Below, in pieces: positions 48,261 through 57,949 of a stretch of DNA of 64,000 nucleotides. This stretch comes from a virus, in IMG/VR virus record IMGVR_UViG_3300047552_001147, positions 1 to 64,000 of that record. One strand, 5' to 3'. The position numbers and the translations under genes are program-made. Under the pieces are notes generated by a model, which was not told where the DNA came from, did no database searches, and saw only the letters and a list, made by a program, of their open reading frames with translations. Every line of letters begins with the position of its first letter. Position 1 is the stretch's first letter.

Positions 48261-48553
48261 TGAATCTATCAAAAGTAGGCGATATCGGCGAGGGTGTCTG
48301 CCCTAACCACAAATCCGCCCAGGCGTATACCACTGTTTTTCAGACAGGCGCCCCGTCAGTGCTGATTAACGGCCAACCCGCTGCTACCGTCGAAACAGTG
48401 GGTATTGCGACCTGCGGACACCCAACAGTGGCCCTAACAGGCAGCGCAACCGTGTTTATTGAGGGGAAACCGGCCCACCGAGTGGGGGACACTGGGGCGA
48501 ACTACGGACCATATACGGCGGTATCTGGCTCTGGGAACGTTATACTTGGTTGA
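48260..48553 (+). CDS. PAAR-repeat spike tip protein
   Basis: VLINGQPAAT, CGH, TGSATVFIEGKPAHRVGD, SGSGNV. Confidence 0.9.
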   Translation: MNLSKVGDIGEGVCPNHKSAQAYTTVFQTGAPSVLINGQPAATVETVGIATCGHPTVALTGSATVFIEGKPAHRVGDTGANYGPYTAVSGSGNVILG

Positions 48554-48575
48554 ATCAACTTTTTAGCTCACTGAC

Positions 48576-48929
48576 ATGACACAAGCAAACACCGGCCGAA
48601 TCTTCTTCAATTCTGATAAGTCACCCTCAGCACCGTTGCAGGTAGCTCTAGGTAACTTCCCCACTAGTGGTGTTAAGAACGTCCTCTTCAGAAACGTGGG
48701 GGATTCTCTTATCTACGCCAGAGGGCGTGCAAACACTACAGCCACCTCACCAGACGTGTCATTGATGCCTAAGCATGGCGGAGTCATCTCCCTCATCGGC
48801 ACAGCCGGGCAGCCGGCGTACATCGAGTTCTGGAAGAGATTTGATCCGAGATTTGTCAACATTCACGACAGCTCGGCAGTTGTGAATGAGAAACCCGGTA
48901 TTGTAGAAATTGAAGGTATTCAAGGGTGA
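48576..48929 (+). CDS. Small beta-rich protein, probably virion-associated
   Basis: Context and composition. Confidence 0.5.
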   Translation: MTQANTGRIFFNSDKSPSAPLQVALGNFPTSGVKNVLFRNVGDSLIYARGRANTTATSPDVSLMPKHGGVISLIGTAGQPAYIEFWKRFDPRFVNIHDSSAVVNEKPGIVEIEGIQG

Positions 48930-48933
48930 TTAG

Positions 48934-50622
48934 ATGAGTACTCACTTTAATGGCGAGCCGCTGTTCTTTGAGAAGGCCCCGATTGTTAAGCTGGCCCGCA
49001 CTAAGCTAGGGGATGATCCGAAGCAGTGGGAGTCCGACATCCTGGAAGTCCTTCACCAGCAGCACCCATACATGCTGGACACCAACATCAGCATCAACAT
49101 GAAGAAAGTTGATGCGGAGAGCGGTACAGGTATCGGCGCTATCGTGCTCGACGGTAAGATCAACGTTCCCATCGTCATTCATAACTACAGAATGGCGCCG
49201 CTGGACGTCTTCCTTAACGACACAGAAGTGGTCCCGCTAACTCGTGAGAGAATCGAGCGGGCCATGAAGACGCTGGCCATTGGTAAGCCGGTAACCCCGT
49301 CCAAGGGCGAGGCGACCGATAGTTCTATCACGCACATGACTACCCCGCCTTATGACGGGAAGTACACGTTCGCTAGCAACCTATCGTACACCAAAGCCGA
49401 GTTCGCTTCGGCAATCAACCACACATTCAATGAGACCGGCTTCGTCCTCGATATCGCCAACAACGATCTCTGGAAAGAGGCCCTGAACTCTTACCTGACA
49501 AGTGCTCTAGAACAAGAAAAGACCGCACAGACCGGTCCAAAGTACTTCCTTGAAGAAAAAGCTCCGTTCCAGCACCAGCTTACAAAAGAGGCTGGCATTT
49601 ATTCCGTACCGACTAGTAAGGGCGACAAAGTTGGCGTTCTCGTTCCTATCACAGAAAAGCTGGCAAGCTCTACAGATCGCTGGCTGTTTGTTTCCCTAGA
49701 CGGTGGATACATTCCGCTGGCTGATCCAACGATCCCGTTCAAACCGGTAGAACACGTAAAAGTTGCTAGAAAAGAACCCGTCAGCGGCTCCGGAATCTTC
49801 GTAGCCAATAACGGTAAGCTGCAAGCAACTGAGATATTCGATGTCATCTGCAAGCTCGGCTCTGGCGACGTTCTTCTCAAGGACATCCATGGGCGGGAAT
49901 GCCGGATGGTCAAGTCCGCTAATGTGGACCGCATTCAGATGGGCGGAGGCCTCCTAGTCGTGCCGGAGAACTATATGTTCCTGCCGACGACGGAGCGCCT
50001 GAGCCTGACGCACGTTAAGGTAGCAAACCTGCTTGAGGATGGTTCTGACCGCATCACGGTTAGAAACCAAAACTCTCGTTTGCTATTCAGCAGTGGCAAG
50101 CTTTGGGAGTTCGGTGATCTGCTGTCTAAAGAGGGCAGCTATCCTGATGAAGTTCTGAACGCGCTGTCACCTTATTTTGATGACCAATCTTTGCAACTGT
50201 TGCTGACGATTCCAACCGGCCAGCAACGTACGTTTACAGTTAAGACCGCCGGCATTGATAAGACAGCTTCAGCTGATGTAGCCGTTCCGGTTATCAGTCG
50301 CGAATCGATCGCGGCTATTAACCAGGCAGCCGCTGTTATCGATCGCAAGGCCGCTGGCTTCCTTAAGATCGCCGCCAATGAGGCGAGCGAAACTGTAGAC
50401 ACACTGCTAGGCCTCAACTTCCTCAACAAGTCCAATCTTCACAAATTCGTGGAGAACATGGACAAGGTTGGCGAAGCACGCCAAATCGTGGGACAGCTTC
50501 TCATAGCCTCCCGCCTTGGCCTGGATGTGGATGACGCTCCGCTACGGACGGCGTTCTTCGCTCTAGATGAAGTTGAACAGGACCTTCAGCAGCTGTATAA
50601 CGTTACTACCGTTAACAACTAG
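48934..50622 (+). CDS. Probable head core/scaffold-type protein with many KxA sites
   Basis: VKLA, EKTA, TKEA, EKLA, VKVA x2, VKSA, VKTA, DKTA, LKIA. Confidence 0.55.
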   Translation: MSTHFNGEPLFFEKAPIVKLARTKLGDDPKQWESDILEVLHQQHPYMLDTNISINMKKVDAESGTGIGAIVLDGKINVPIVIHNYRMAPLDVFLNDTEVVPLTRERIERAMKTLAIGKPVTPSKGEATDSSITHMTTPPYDGKYTFASNLSYTKAEFASAINHTFNETGFVLDIANNDLWKEALNSYLTSALEQEKTAQTGPKYFLEEKAPFQHQLTKEAGIYSVPTSKGDKVGVLVPITEKLASSTDRWLFVSLDGGYIPLADPTIPFKPVEHVKVARKEPVSGSGIFVANNGKLQATEIFDVICKLGSGDVLLKDIHGRECRMVKSANVDRIQMGGGLLVVPENYMFLPTTERLSLTHVKVANLLEDGSDRITVRNQNSRLLFSSGKLWEFGDLLSKEGSYPDEVLNALSPYFDDQSLQLLLTIPTGQQRTFTVKTAGIDKTASADVAVPVISRESIAAINQAAAVIDRKAAGFLKIAANEASETVDTLLGLNFLNKSNLHKFVENMDKVGEARQIVGQLLIASRLGLDVDDAPLRTAFFALDEVEQDLQQLYNVTTVNN

Positions 50623-50642
50623 CGTCTGCTTGTGAGGTTTCA

Positions 50643-51689
50643 ATGGGCCACTCTAGGCCCCAAATTGCTAAAGAGTTCCGCATCAATGAGCGGACACTCT
50701 GTTGGCTAGAACAGACTGGTCGGCTCCATCTTGAGTGGAAGCCGTTAAACGGCCTGCTAACTTGTGAGCTAGACGACGACGCTCGTCGAGTGCTCGCTTG
50801 TGCTGCCGTGTCTGTTACAGCGCTGGATAACGTCCTGCCTTTCCAGCGGTTCCTCATTCTCAGAACGCTCCAGCTTCCTGCCGACGAGCAGTACCAGGAG
50901 CTGCTAGACCGCAACATCTTTGCGCCAGCTGGCTTTAGCTTAGAAGCTATCACCGCTATCAGAGAGCAGATAATTGATCGGCTTCCGCTGGTTGTGCGCC
51001 GATTTGTGAAGACTAATCGCCCGCCAGAGACAGACGAAGAGCGGCAATGGCTAGACGGTGTGCTGGATGCGTGTGAGGTTCACCTCGCGTACCACCACCC
51101 AGACCTAGAGCAATCGTTCCAGTTCATGCCGAATCCGGAGTACAAGGAAGCGGTGGATTGCGCGGTTAGCACCAAATCGAGCTACGCAGACATTCAGAAA
51201 TTCTTGATTGATGTGCTAGGATTGCGGGTATCTGTGGAGGGAATCGCCTTCTATCAGCAGCTCTTCCACGACATCAACATCGTGTCGACAGACAATCTGC
51301 GGATGTACCTAAAGAAGGTCAAGCCTTCTCTCAGATCGCGCATGGCTCTTGCTGTTAGCAGCTCGATTGATACCTTCAGAGTCAAGAGCGGCATCGACGA
51401 CAAGTTTGAAGTCGACAAGGTCATGTCCGTCTTCAAGGACGACCTGATCAACGATCTGCTCAAGATGCTGAACAATAAAGCGCCAGAATCTGAGAAGGCA
51501 TTCAACAACACGCTGCGAAGTCTGGTTATTGTTTTGGACCGCATGGACCGGATCAAAAGCGCAAACACCAAGTCTGGCAACGGCGTCCCTCAGTTCTTCA
51601 AGACAATCAAAGTCTCAGCCCAACCATCTAACGAGATGAAGATCTTCCAGCTACCATCTCCTGTTAAGGACAGCGCACAGTCACAATGA
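50643..51689 (+). CDS. Hypothetical protein, possible terminase small subunit
   Basis: Helical; coupled to the TerL start; called on position only. Confidence 0.35.
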   Translation: MGHSRPQIAKEFRINERTLCWLEQTGRLHLEWKPLNGLLTCELDDDARRVLACAAVSVTALDNVLPFQRFLILRTLQLPADEQYQELLDRNIFAPAGFSLEAITAIREQIIDRLPLVVRRFVKTNRPPETDEERQWLDGVLDACEVHLAYHHPDLEQSFQFMPNPEYKEAVDCAVSTKSSYADIQKFLIDVLGLRVSVEGIAFYQQLFHDINIVSTDNLRMYLKKVKPSLRSRMALAVSSSIDTFRVKSGIDDKFEVDKVMSVFKDDLINDLLKMLNNKAPESEKAFNNTLRSLVIVLDRMDRIKSANTKSGNGVPQFFKTIKVSAQPSNEMKIFQLPSPVKDSAQSQ

Positions 51690-53506
51690 CTAGCTTTGGT
51701 GTGTCGCAAGTAATGCCGGTTGTTGATCTAATTGAACAACTGGCCGCAGCCGAAAACAGCGGAGAGATTGATGCAGACCGCTTCAACTGGGCAAAGTACA
51801 ATGAGGCTGCCGAGAGGCTAGCCGAAGAGCTGTCTGAAGAGGCGCAGAAGAACCAACAGGACGCGCTAGACAACCTGACACCAGAGTCGGTAGCGCTTAC
51901 GACATTGTCCGGTATTGTTGCCGGACTACTTACGGTAGATCAGCTGGCGTTCTCTTTCGAGGGCCGCGACTATATTCGTGGGCTATATGACCTTGTTGAG
52001 GAGTACCCGGTCGGATGCCGTAATCAGATATGGCAGGCTGGACGTCAGGTAGAGAAGTCAACGACCCAATCGGCCAAGTCTATCGCGCTGGGGATAGCGT
52101 ACCCGACATACAAGACGCTCTACATCGCGCCTAGATTCGACCAGGTCACTGTGTTCTCACAGCAGCGCTTCAAGCCCATGTGCGAGGATTCAAAAGACAT
52201 TGTCGGTCGCTGGATAGATCAGCACAGAATGCTGTGGCAGGTTGGTGCTAAGCAGTTTATGAACGGATCGTTCTTTAACTTCCGCTCCTGCTACTTGAAT
52301 GCCGACGGCGCTCGTGGTATTTCAGCTCACCATCTAATGATCGACGAGATCCAAGACGTTGTCTCAGATGCCGTACCTATTCTTGAACAAACCCAGTCGC
52401 ACGCCTCCAAGGAACTGAAGTTCAACACGTACGCCGGCACTCCAAAGACCAACAGTAACGTCATCACACGACGATTCAAGAACAGTTGTCAGTTCGAGTG
52501 GCTGATTAAGTGCGACCACTGCAACCACTGGAACTTCCCGGATGACAATATTGTCGGGGAGACGTTCTTCATGTGCGTCAGATGCTCTCGGGACATTCGT
52601 CCAGCTAACGGACAATGGGTTCCTGCGAGACCAGAGCTTCTAGACAAGTGCTGGGGATTCCGGCTACCACAGCTGATCGTACCATTCAAGACGCACGCGG
52701 ATATCCTTGCAACCAAGCACGACCCGCAGGTATCACGTCGCCAATACTTCAACGAGTGTCTTGGGCTGTCATATGACGAGGGCGAGCTCGTTCTGGTTGA
52801 GCGCGACCTTATCGAGGCTTGCGCCGCCGGTGATGGTCAACCTATGTGGGCGCCGTCTAGGGCGCACTCCATGACCATCCCCAAGTTTATGGGCGTGGAC
52901 TACGGAACTGCGGAAGGCGAGAAGCCGTCGTGGAGCGTGATAACCGTTGGCTTCATGAATGCTATGGGCCAATTCCAGGTCATCTTCATGGAGAAACTGG
53001 TAGGCGAGAAAGCCAACCTATCTAAGCAGCCGGAATACATCAACAAGGTTGCCCGATCGTTCGGTGTGACCTGGATGGGTACAGACTGGGGATTCGGCGC
53101 ACCGCTGAACCAGAGACTGGTCGATGAATTTGACTGGCCGCGATATGAGGGTCGACGTATCTTGATGGAAATGCAGTACGTCAAGCAGAAGCTTAAGGCC
53201 CAGTGGAACCCACAGGCCCAGCGGTACATGATCGACCGTAACCAGTCGATGACCGACTTCATTGACCGCATCCGAACTAAAAAAGTGGTCTTCTTCCACT
53301 ATGACCAGTTCAAACACTTCACAAGCGATTTCACGTCGATCTTCATTGAATTTGACCCTGACCATGGGACGATGAAGTACGATCACGATCTGCCGGACGA
53401 CGCCTTCCACTCTGCCAACTACGCGTACATGACAGCGCTGCAGTATTACGGCCAGCTGGTCAACACATCACTGCCAGATACGAACGGGTTCGAAGAGCCG
53501 TTGTAA
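51686..53506 (+). CDS. terL: Terminase large subunit (GpA-like)
   Basis: Walker A GRQVEKST, Walker B LMIDEIQD, GTPK, CDHC/CVRC zinc finger, nuclease MGVDYG and PDDAFHS. Confidence 0.9.
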   Translation: MTSFGVSQVMPVVDLIEQLAAAENSGEIDADRFNWAKYNEAAERLAEELSEEAQKNQQDALDNLTPESVALTTLSGIVAGLLTVDQLAFSFEGRDYIRGLYDLVEEYPVGCRNQIWQAGRQVEKSTTQSAKSIALGIAYPTYKTLYIAPRFDQVTVFSQQRFKPMCEDSKDIVGRWIDQHRMLWQVGAKQFMNGSFFNFRSCYLNADGARGISAHHLMIDEIQDVVSDAVPILEQTQSHASKELKFNTYAGTPKTNSNVITRRFKNSCQFEWLIKCDHCNHWNFPDDNIVGETFFMCVRCSRDIRPANGQWVPARPELLDKCWGFRLPQLIVPFKTHADILATKHDPQVSRRQYFNECLGLSYDEGELVLVERDLIEACAAGDGQPMWAPSRAHSMTIPKFMGVDYGTAEGEKPSWSVITVGFMNAMGQFQVIFMEKLVGEKANLSKQPEYINKVARSFGVTWMGTDWGFGAPLNQRLVDEFDWPRYEGRRILMEMQYVKQKLKAQWNPQAQRYMIDRNQSMTDFIDRIRTKKVVFFHYDQFKHFTSDFTSIFIEFDPDHGTMKYDHDLPDDAFHSANYAYMTALQYYGQLVNTSLPDTNGFEEPL

Positions 53507-53542
53507 AATAGATGGCAGGGTGTTACCCCCGCCATCTGTATT
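53505..53542. terminator. Terminator between convergent genes
   Basis: ATAGATGGCAGGG-tgtta-CCCCCGCCATCTGT. Confidence 0.7.
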
Positions 53543-54276
53543 ACTTGCTTGTCTCTTGGCTGCTGGTGTGGCAACTCACAGAGCAGCGCACACCAGTCAA
53601 AGACAGGAAGATGAGCGCGATGAGCAGTAGAACAATGCTCTCCACGAGAGACATGTTGTTTCTCCACATCTTACGCTCTTCTTGCCACCAGTCGCGCAGC
53701 TTCTTCATCTGCTCTTGGCCTCGCAGTCGCAGCACACGGTTTGTTTGCCGATGTATCCCTGGTACAGGGCTTTAACCTCTACCGCATACTGTAGAGGTCT
53801 CCTTGTCCTGCAAACAGGGCAAACAAACGAGACACAACGAACAACCTCTTGTAGGAAGTTGTTAGCAATTCTGTCCGCCGACTTCTCATCACGAGAGACC
53901 ATCAAAGTCAGTACATCAATCAACTGCTGCGCTGAACCCGTCGGGTTGGCGAAATCACTGTCCCAAGGTAGAGAAGCAATTTCTCCAGCGCTTAGGCCAA
54001 TAACGTAGACGTCGCTACTCATTTCTTCCTCCGCTTTCTAGGGCGAATCAAGCGCACCTCGCTTTGCTTGGTGCAGCACTCCACGGTCTCCACAACGTTC
54101 CCGCTCCTCATCTCGATGTACAGTGGGATATGTCCGCACTCGCTGCGGAGCGCGTCCAGCACCCACATCTCAATCTGTCGCTTCGCCGCGTCGTTGTCCG
54201 CCTTCTTGTGGAAGGCCTCAAACGACACGTCGATGACAGCGGTCAATATCAGTCGGGACAGCTTGGCTTTAGCCAT
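53541..54276 (-). CDS. Three small hypothetical genes (53541-53735 membrane, 53705-54022 zinc ribbon, 54019-54276)
   Basis: Coupled ORFs; TM helix; CPVC/CCDC. Confidence 0.6.
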
Positions 54277-54284
54277 TGGAGCGA

Positions 54285-55730
54285 CTACAATCCGCTCCGC
54301 ACGCGGTCACGGATCTCCGCGTACGTCTGCTCGTTGTGGAGCTGGCCGTTCGAGAACACCTTGCGGAACGCGCAGCTTGTCACGTCAGTCTTCTTCGCGT
54401 TCTGCTTCAACGTGAAACGACCGTTCTGATCGTGATAGACGGCCAAGAGGCCCTTGGCGGACTTCTTGGTACCGTTATCAGTCACAGGATTCTTGAAGAT
54501 CTCACGCGCCTCATTGCCGACTTCGACGTAGGTGGCCTTCATCGCCCAACCGAGAGTGTCTCTCGTGTTGTACTGGTAGGTGTAGCTACCGATTCCGGCC
54601 ACCCAGTTGGTCGACGCGAACCCCTGCTGCATCAGTCGCTCGCAGATAGCCGCCGCCAGCTCTCTGGTGATAGAGTCACCGTAGATCAGGCCGATGTGGG
54701 GATCGAGGACCTTGAATCCCTTGCTGTTCGTAGTGCCTCCGAAGAGTTCCCACAGCAGCTGGATTGAGCCCTTCTTCTCCACTTCGGTTTCCCCGTCAGG
54801 ATCGCCACAGATGATCTCCAGAGGAGTCTTCTTGGAGCTGTCTGGACGGATGACGACCTTGCCCGCACGGGCCATGATCTCCGACTTGAGCGTCGGAAGG
54901 ATCTCGGTCAAAACCTTCCAGTAGTCCCAGGTGTCCGAGACGATGGACACGATCCCCTTGGGGTACAGATCGAGGATGCGGCGGAACGTGTCCACCTCAG
55001 ACTCTCTCGTACCTGCACACATGACACTGTGTTCCGTCGCCGGAACAGAGAATCCTGTGATCCCTCTCGGAGCATGGTAGTACTTCGAGAGGAATGAGGT
55101 GGCCGGAACAGTGTCAGAGCCGTCGAAGGACAGGAGATGTCCCGCCCCGCTGGTCTTGGCCGTTTCGAGCGAGCTCATTCCACGGAAACTGAAGTCGTGC
55201 CCCTGGAAGTTGACGGACGCAGCTTCATCAGAGGTCATGTCAGCGTATCTGGTGAAGATCTGCCGATAGTGTCTTGCGATGGTTGCTGATGTGCACGGCT
55301 GCCAGATCGTAGCCGACATGATGGTTTCCAGGTAGTTGACCAACCAGAAAGCATCAGGTACCGTGTTCATCATGACAAGCGAGGGAACGCCGGCAGGAAC
55401 CACCGAACCTTCCGGCAACGCCCAGATCTCGATCGGCAGGCCTGAGTGTCTTCCCAGCAGCCGGAGGTGATAGTCGTTCGGTCTTACCCCGAGAGCTGCC
55501 TCCATCATATCCGCAAAATCGCCGATGTTCATTCGCTCCAAGAACGGGACCAGGTACTCCTTCAGGAAGTACTGCAGTCCGAAGAACACCACCGCTTCCT
55601 CGCCGGTAGGGTCCTTGATGCGACACTTCCGGGGAGTAAAGTTGGAGAACACCAACTTGGTGCCATCCGGGTATTGCCGACGGTGGTCGGCCTTGTACCA
55701 GTCAATCAGATTCAGTGAGTTGTCAGTCAC
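54285..55730 (-). CDS. Nicotinamide phosphoribosyltransferase-like protein (probable NARP1 Namat)
   Basis: DWYKADHRRQYP, HDFSFRG, SVPATEHSVMC, SIVSDTWD, VIRPDS, IYGDSIT, KKSAKG; GTG start at 55730. Confidence 0.9.
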   Translation of the reverse strand: MTDNSLNLIDWYKADHRRQYPDGTKLVFSNFTPRKCRIKDPTGEEAVVFFGLQYFLKEYLVPFLERMNIGDFADMMEAALGVRPNDYHLRLLGRHSGLPIEIWALPEGSVVPAGVPSLVMMNTVPDAFWLVNYLETIMSATIWQPCTSATIARHYRQIFTRYADMTSDEAASVNFQGHDFSFRGMSSLETAKTSGAGHLLSFDGSDTVPATSFLSKYYHAPRGITGFSVPATEHSVMCAGTRESEVDTFRRILDLYPKGIVSIVSDTWDYWKVLTEILPTLKSEIMARAGKVVIRPDSSKKTPLEIICGDPDGETEVEKKGSIQLLWELFGGTTNSKGFKVLDPHIGLIYGDSITRELAAAICERLMQQGFASTNWVAGIGSYTYQYNTRDTLGWAMKATYVEVGNEAREIFKNPVTDNGTKKSAKGLLAVYHDQNGRFTLKQNAKKTDVTSCAFRKVFSNGQLHNEQTYAEIRDRVRSGL

Positions 55731-55731
55731 G

Positions 55732-56592
55732 CTAGCGTACCTTGCAGACGATGAGGTTGTTGGGAGGAGTTGTGTTCCAATATGCCGGAATGCTGTTGGT
55801 AACAGCAATCTTGGAGAAGTTGGCCATGAGTTCGTCAAAGCCCTTGGAGAAAATGCCGTGTGTGACGCACAAGGCGATATTGCTCACCGGGACTTTTGCG
55901 TCTTGTAGCGCCTTCGAGATCGCGATGAAGGTTGCGCCCCCATCACAGATGTCGTCGACGATGATGTAGTTGTGATCCGGAAATACCGGATCACATAGTT
56001 TGGCTGAAAGGCTGCGGACTCCGTCTTTTTCCGTGCGCTTCTTCAGCGCTTGGATCATCGGGTAGTCTCTGCCTTCGAGTACCTTGGGTACCCAAGAAGA
56101 TGCGCCAGCGTCAGGGATGACAATGGTGCAATCCTTTTTGCCCGCAGTAACCTCGCGCACGAGCCACGGGGTTACGTCATTTTCCTTAGCATTGTCCAGC
56201 AATGCCAGCATCGCCGGAGAGTGTGGACGCAGCACCCTCACCCGCTCGAATTTCATCGAGTTGATGATCCGGCAGTTGATGCGAAGGTCGTTCGCCTCCC
56301 CTGGCCTGAATGCTCTGTCAGATCTGCTGGCAGACATGTACGTGATTTCCAGGTCTGTCAGCGCCGGGTACGCTTCTTTGAGCTGAGCAAGCAACAAGAG
56401 ATAGTCCCCGGTCTGGATACCGGCAATTACGCGCGTAGCCCTGTGATTGAATTCGTTCAGGGACACGCGATCGCTTGGCTTTTCGAAGTGCACATGCCCG
56501 TCCGGGAATCGCGAAAAAGGGACCCTTTCCAGCTGTATAGGATTGTATACGGGATCAATGTCGTGATCATCCAGATCGTCGTAGTGACTCAT
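55732..56592 (-). CDS. Ribose-phosphate pyrophosphokinase-like protein (probable NARP1 Adps)
   Basis: FPDG, RSDR, PHS, PDAGA, IVDDICDGGATF, VTHGIFSKG. Confidence 0.9.
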   Translation of the reverse strand: MSHYDDLDDHDIDPVYNPIQLERVPFSRFPDGHVHFEKPSDRVSLNEFNHRATRVIAGIQTGDYLLLLAQLKEAYPALTDLEITYMSASRSDRAFRPGEANDLRINCRIINSMKFERVRVLRPHSPAMLALLDNAKENDVTPWLVREVTAGKKDCTIVIPDAGASSWVPKVLEGRDYPMIQALKKRTEKDGVRSLSAKLCDPVFPDHNYIIVDDICDGGATFIAISKALQDAKVPVSNIALCVTHGIFSKGFDELMANFSKIAVTNSIPAYWNTTPPNNLIVCKVR

Positions 56593-57346
56593 GCGCGTCT
56601 CCCTTTAGGGTATTTTTGGTGACGGCGCCTCTTGTTGATGAGGGCCTGGTTTGGGTTTCGTATGTTGTACTCTTTGCGGTACGCTTTGCTTTCTCTGTTT
56701 TCACAGCATCCGCTGCAATTGTGGATGCCTTTGATGTAGCCAGCGGCTATGGACCAGCATCCCCACTCCGGTGTGATGGCTTGTGGATAGTTACACCAGG
56801 TTGGCTGGCGGTACATTTTGATAAACTGCCCGACAGTTACGCCAGGCTGTTTATACGCAGCTTCCCGCTCTTCATCAGAGAGCTTGTGAAAGAAGGGTTT
56901 CATCAGTAGTAGCCCACGATTTCTTTGCAGTCTCGACAGATCAGTGCCCAGTAGCCGGGCTTAGGTCTGCCGAATAGTCGCGCCCAGAAAGCTTTCCATC
57001 CCCACCAGTCACGGCACACCTGATTAGGGAGGAACTCTTCAAACGGGGCGTTGCACAGAGGACAAAAGTCCGGATCTTGCACAAGCACCGCAATCCGCGT
57101 GCTGCAGTGCAGCGTCAAAAACTCGGCCTCGTAGCGCTTGCTTTTAGACAGGACACAGATGTACACCTTACCGTTATCGGCGGTAAATCCCTGAACCTCG
57201 AAAATCTGTGTCGCTGACATCACCGGATCGTAGATGAGATCCCCGACATCTACGTCAGACGCATCAATAAGCTGAATATGATAGAGGCGGTCGCCGCTAG
57301 CATCTGCCTTCATCGTGCCGTCGAAGTATTCGCTGACACGAATCAT
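56589..57346 (-). CDS. Two hypothetical Cys-containing genes (56589-56903, 56903-57346)
   Basis: Coupled ORFs. Confidence 0.6.
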
Positions 57347-57537
57347 TTCTTCACCTTTTCCAGGTGCCGCTTGTTCCAGGCGGAGAGCTTCCAATCCCGC
57401 TGCGACCGTTTCGTGCACGTCTTGTTTCCACACTTGACGTACGCGATCTCGCCGTTGCCGAAGTAAGCGACAATCAGCGGGTGGTACCCGCAGTCGTGGC
57501 AATCCTCGACGTAGTTTGTGTGTTGTGTTCTAGTCAT
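57343..57537 (-). CDS. Lar-like small zinc-ribbon protein
   Basis: CHDCG...VKC...C...AWNKR. Confidence 0.5.
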   Translation of the reverse strand: MTRTQHTNYVEDCHDCGYHPLIVAYFGNGEIAYVKCGNKTCTKRSQRDWKLSAWNKRHLEKVKK

Positions 57538-57949
57538 TTCTGACTCCTTTCTGAATAATCACAATACCACTCGAAATCGTTAGTCCACATTCTCTGTCTT
57601 CTAATGGCATAGTGGCGGGTGACCCACTCTAGCCACACAAGCGACCCGTCTTTCAGGAAGACAGGCAGCAGCGCGAATTGCTTCTTGACTATTTTGGTCT
57701 CTTTCGAGATCTTGTCTATTTGTGGGAATCCTTGGTACAGTTTCATGGCTTTACCTAGCCCTTAATGCGCTCGCGGCGCACACAGACCCACGAGGATTGG
57801 TCAAAGATACCGCGATCGAGCGTCCAGCGGACGGTCTCGAGCCAGACGATGTCGCCGTTCGACATCTTCGTTGGGAGCAGAGCAAATCGATTGATGATGA
57901 TCCTCTCGGGGCTGTGCTCAGCAATGGGGAGTCCTCGCCAGAGCTTCAC
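57534..57949 (-). CDS. Two tandem paralogous small genes (57534-57746, 57755-57949)
   Basis: MKL..G.P...FALLP...G..VWLE.V in both. Confidence 0.7.
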
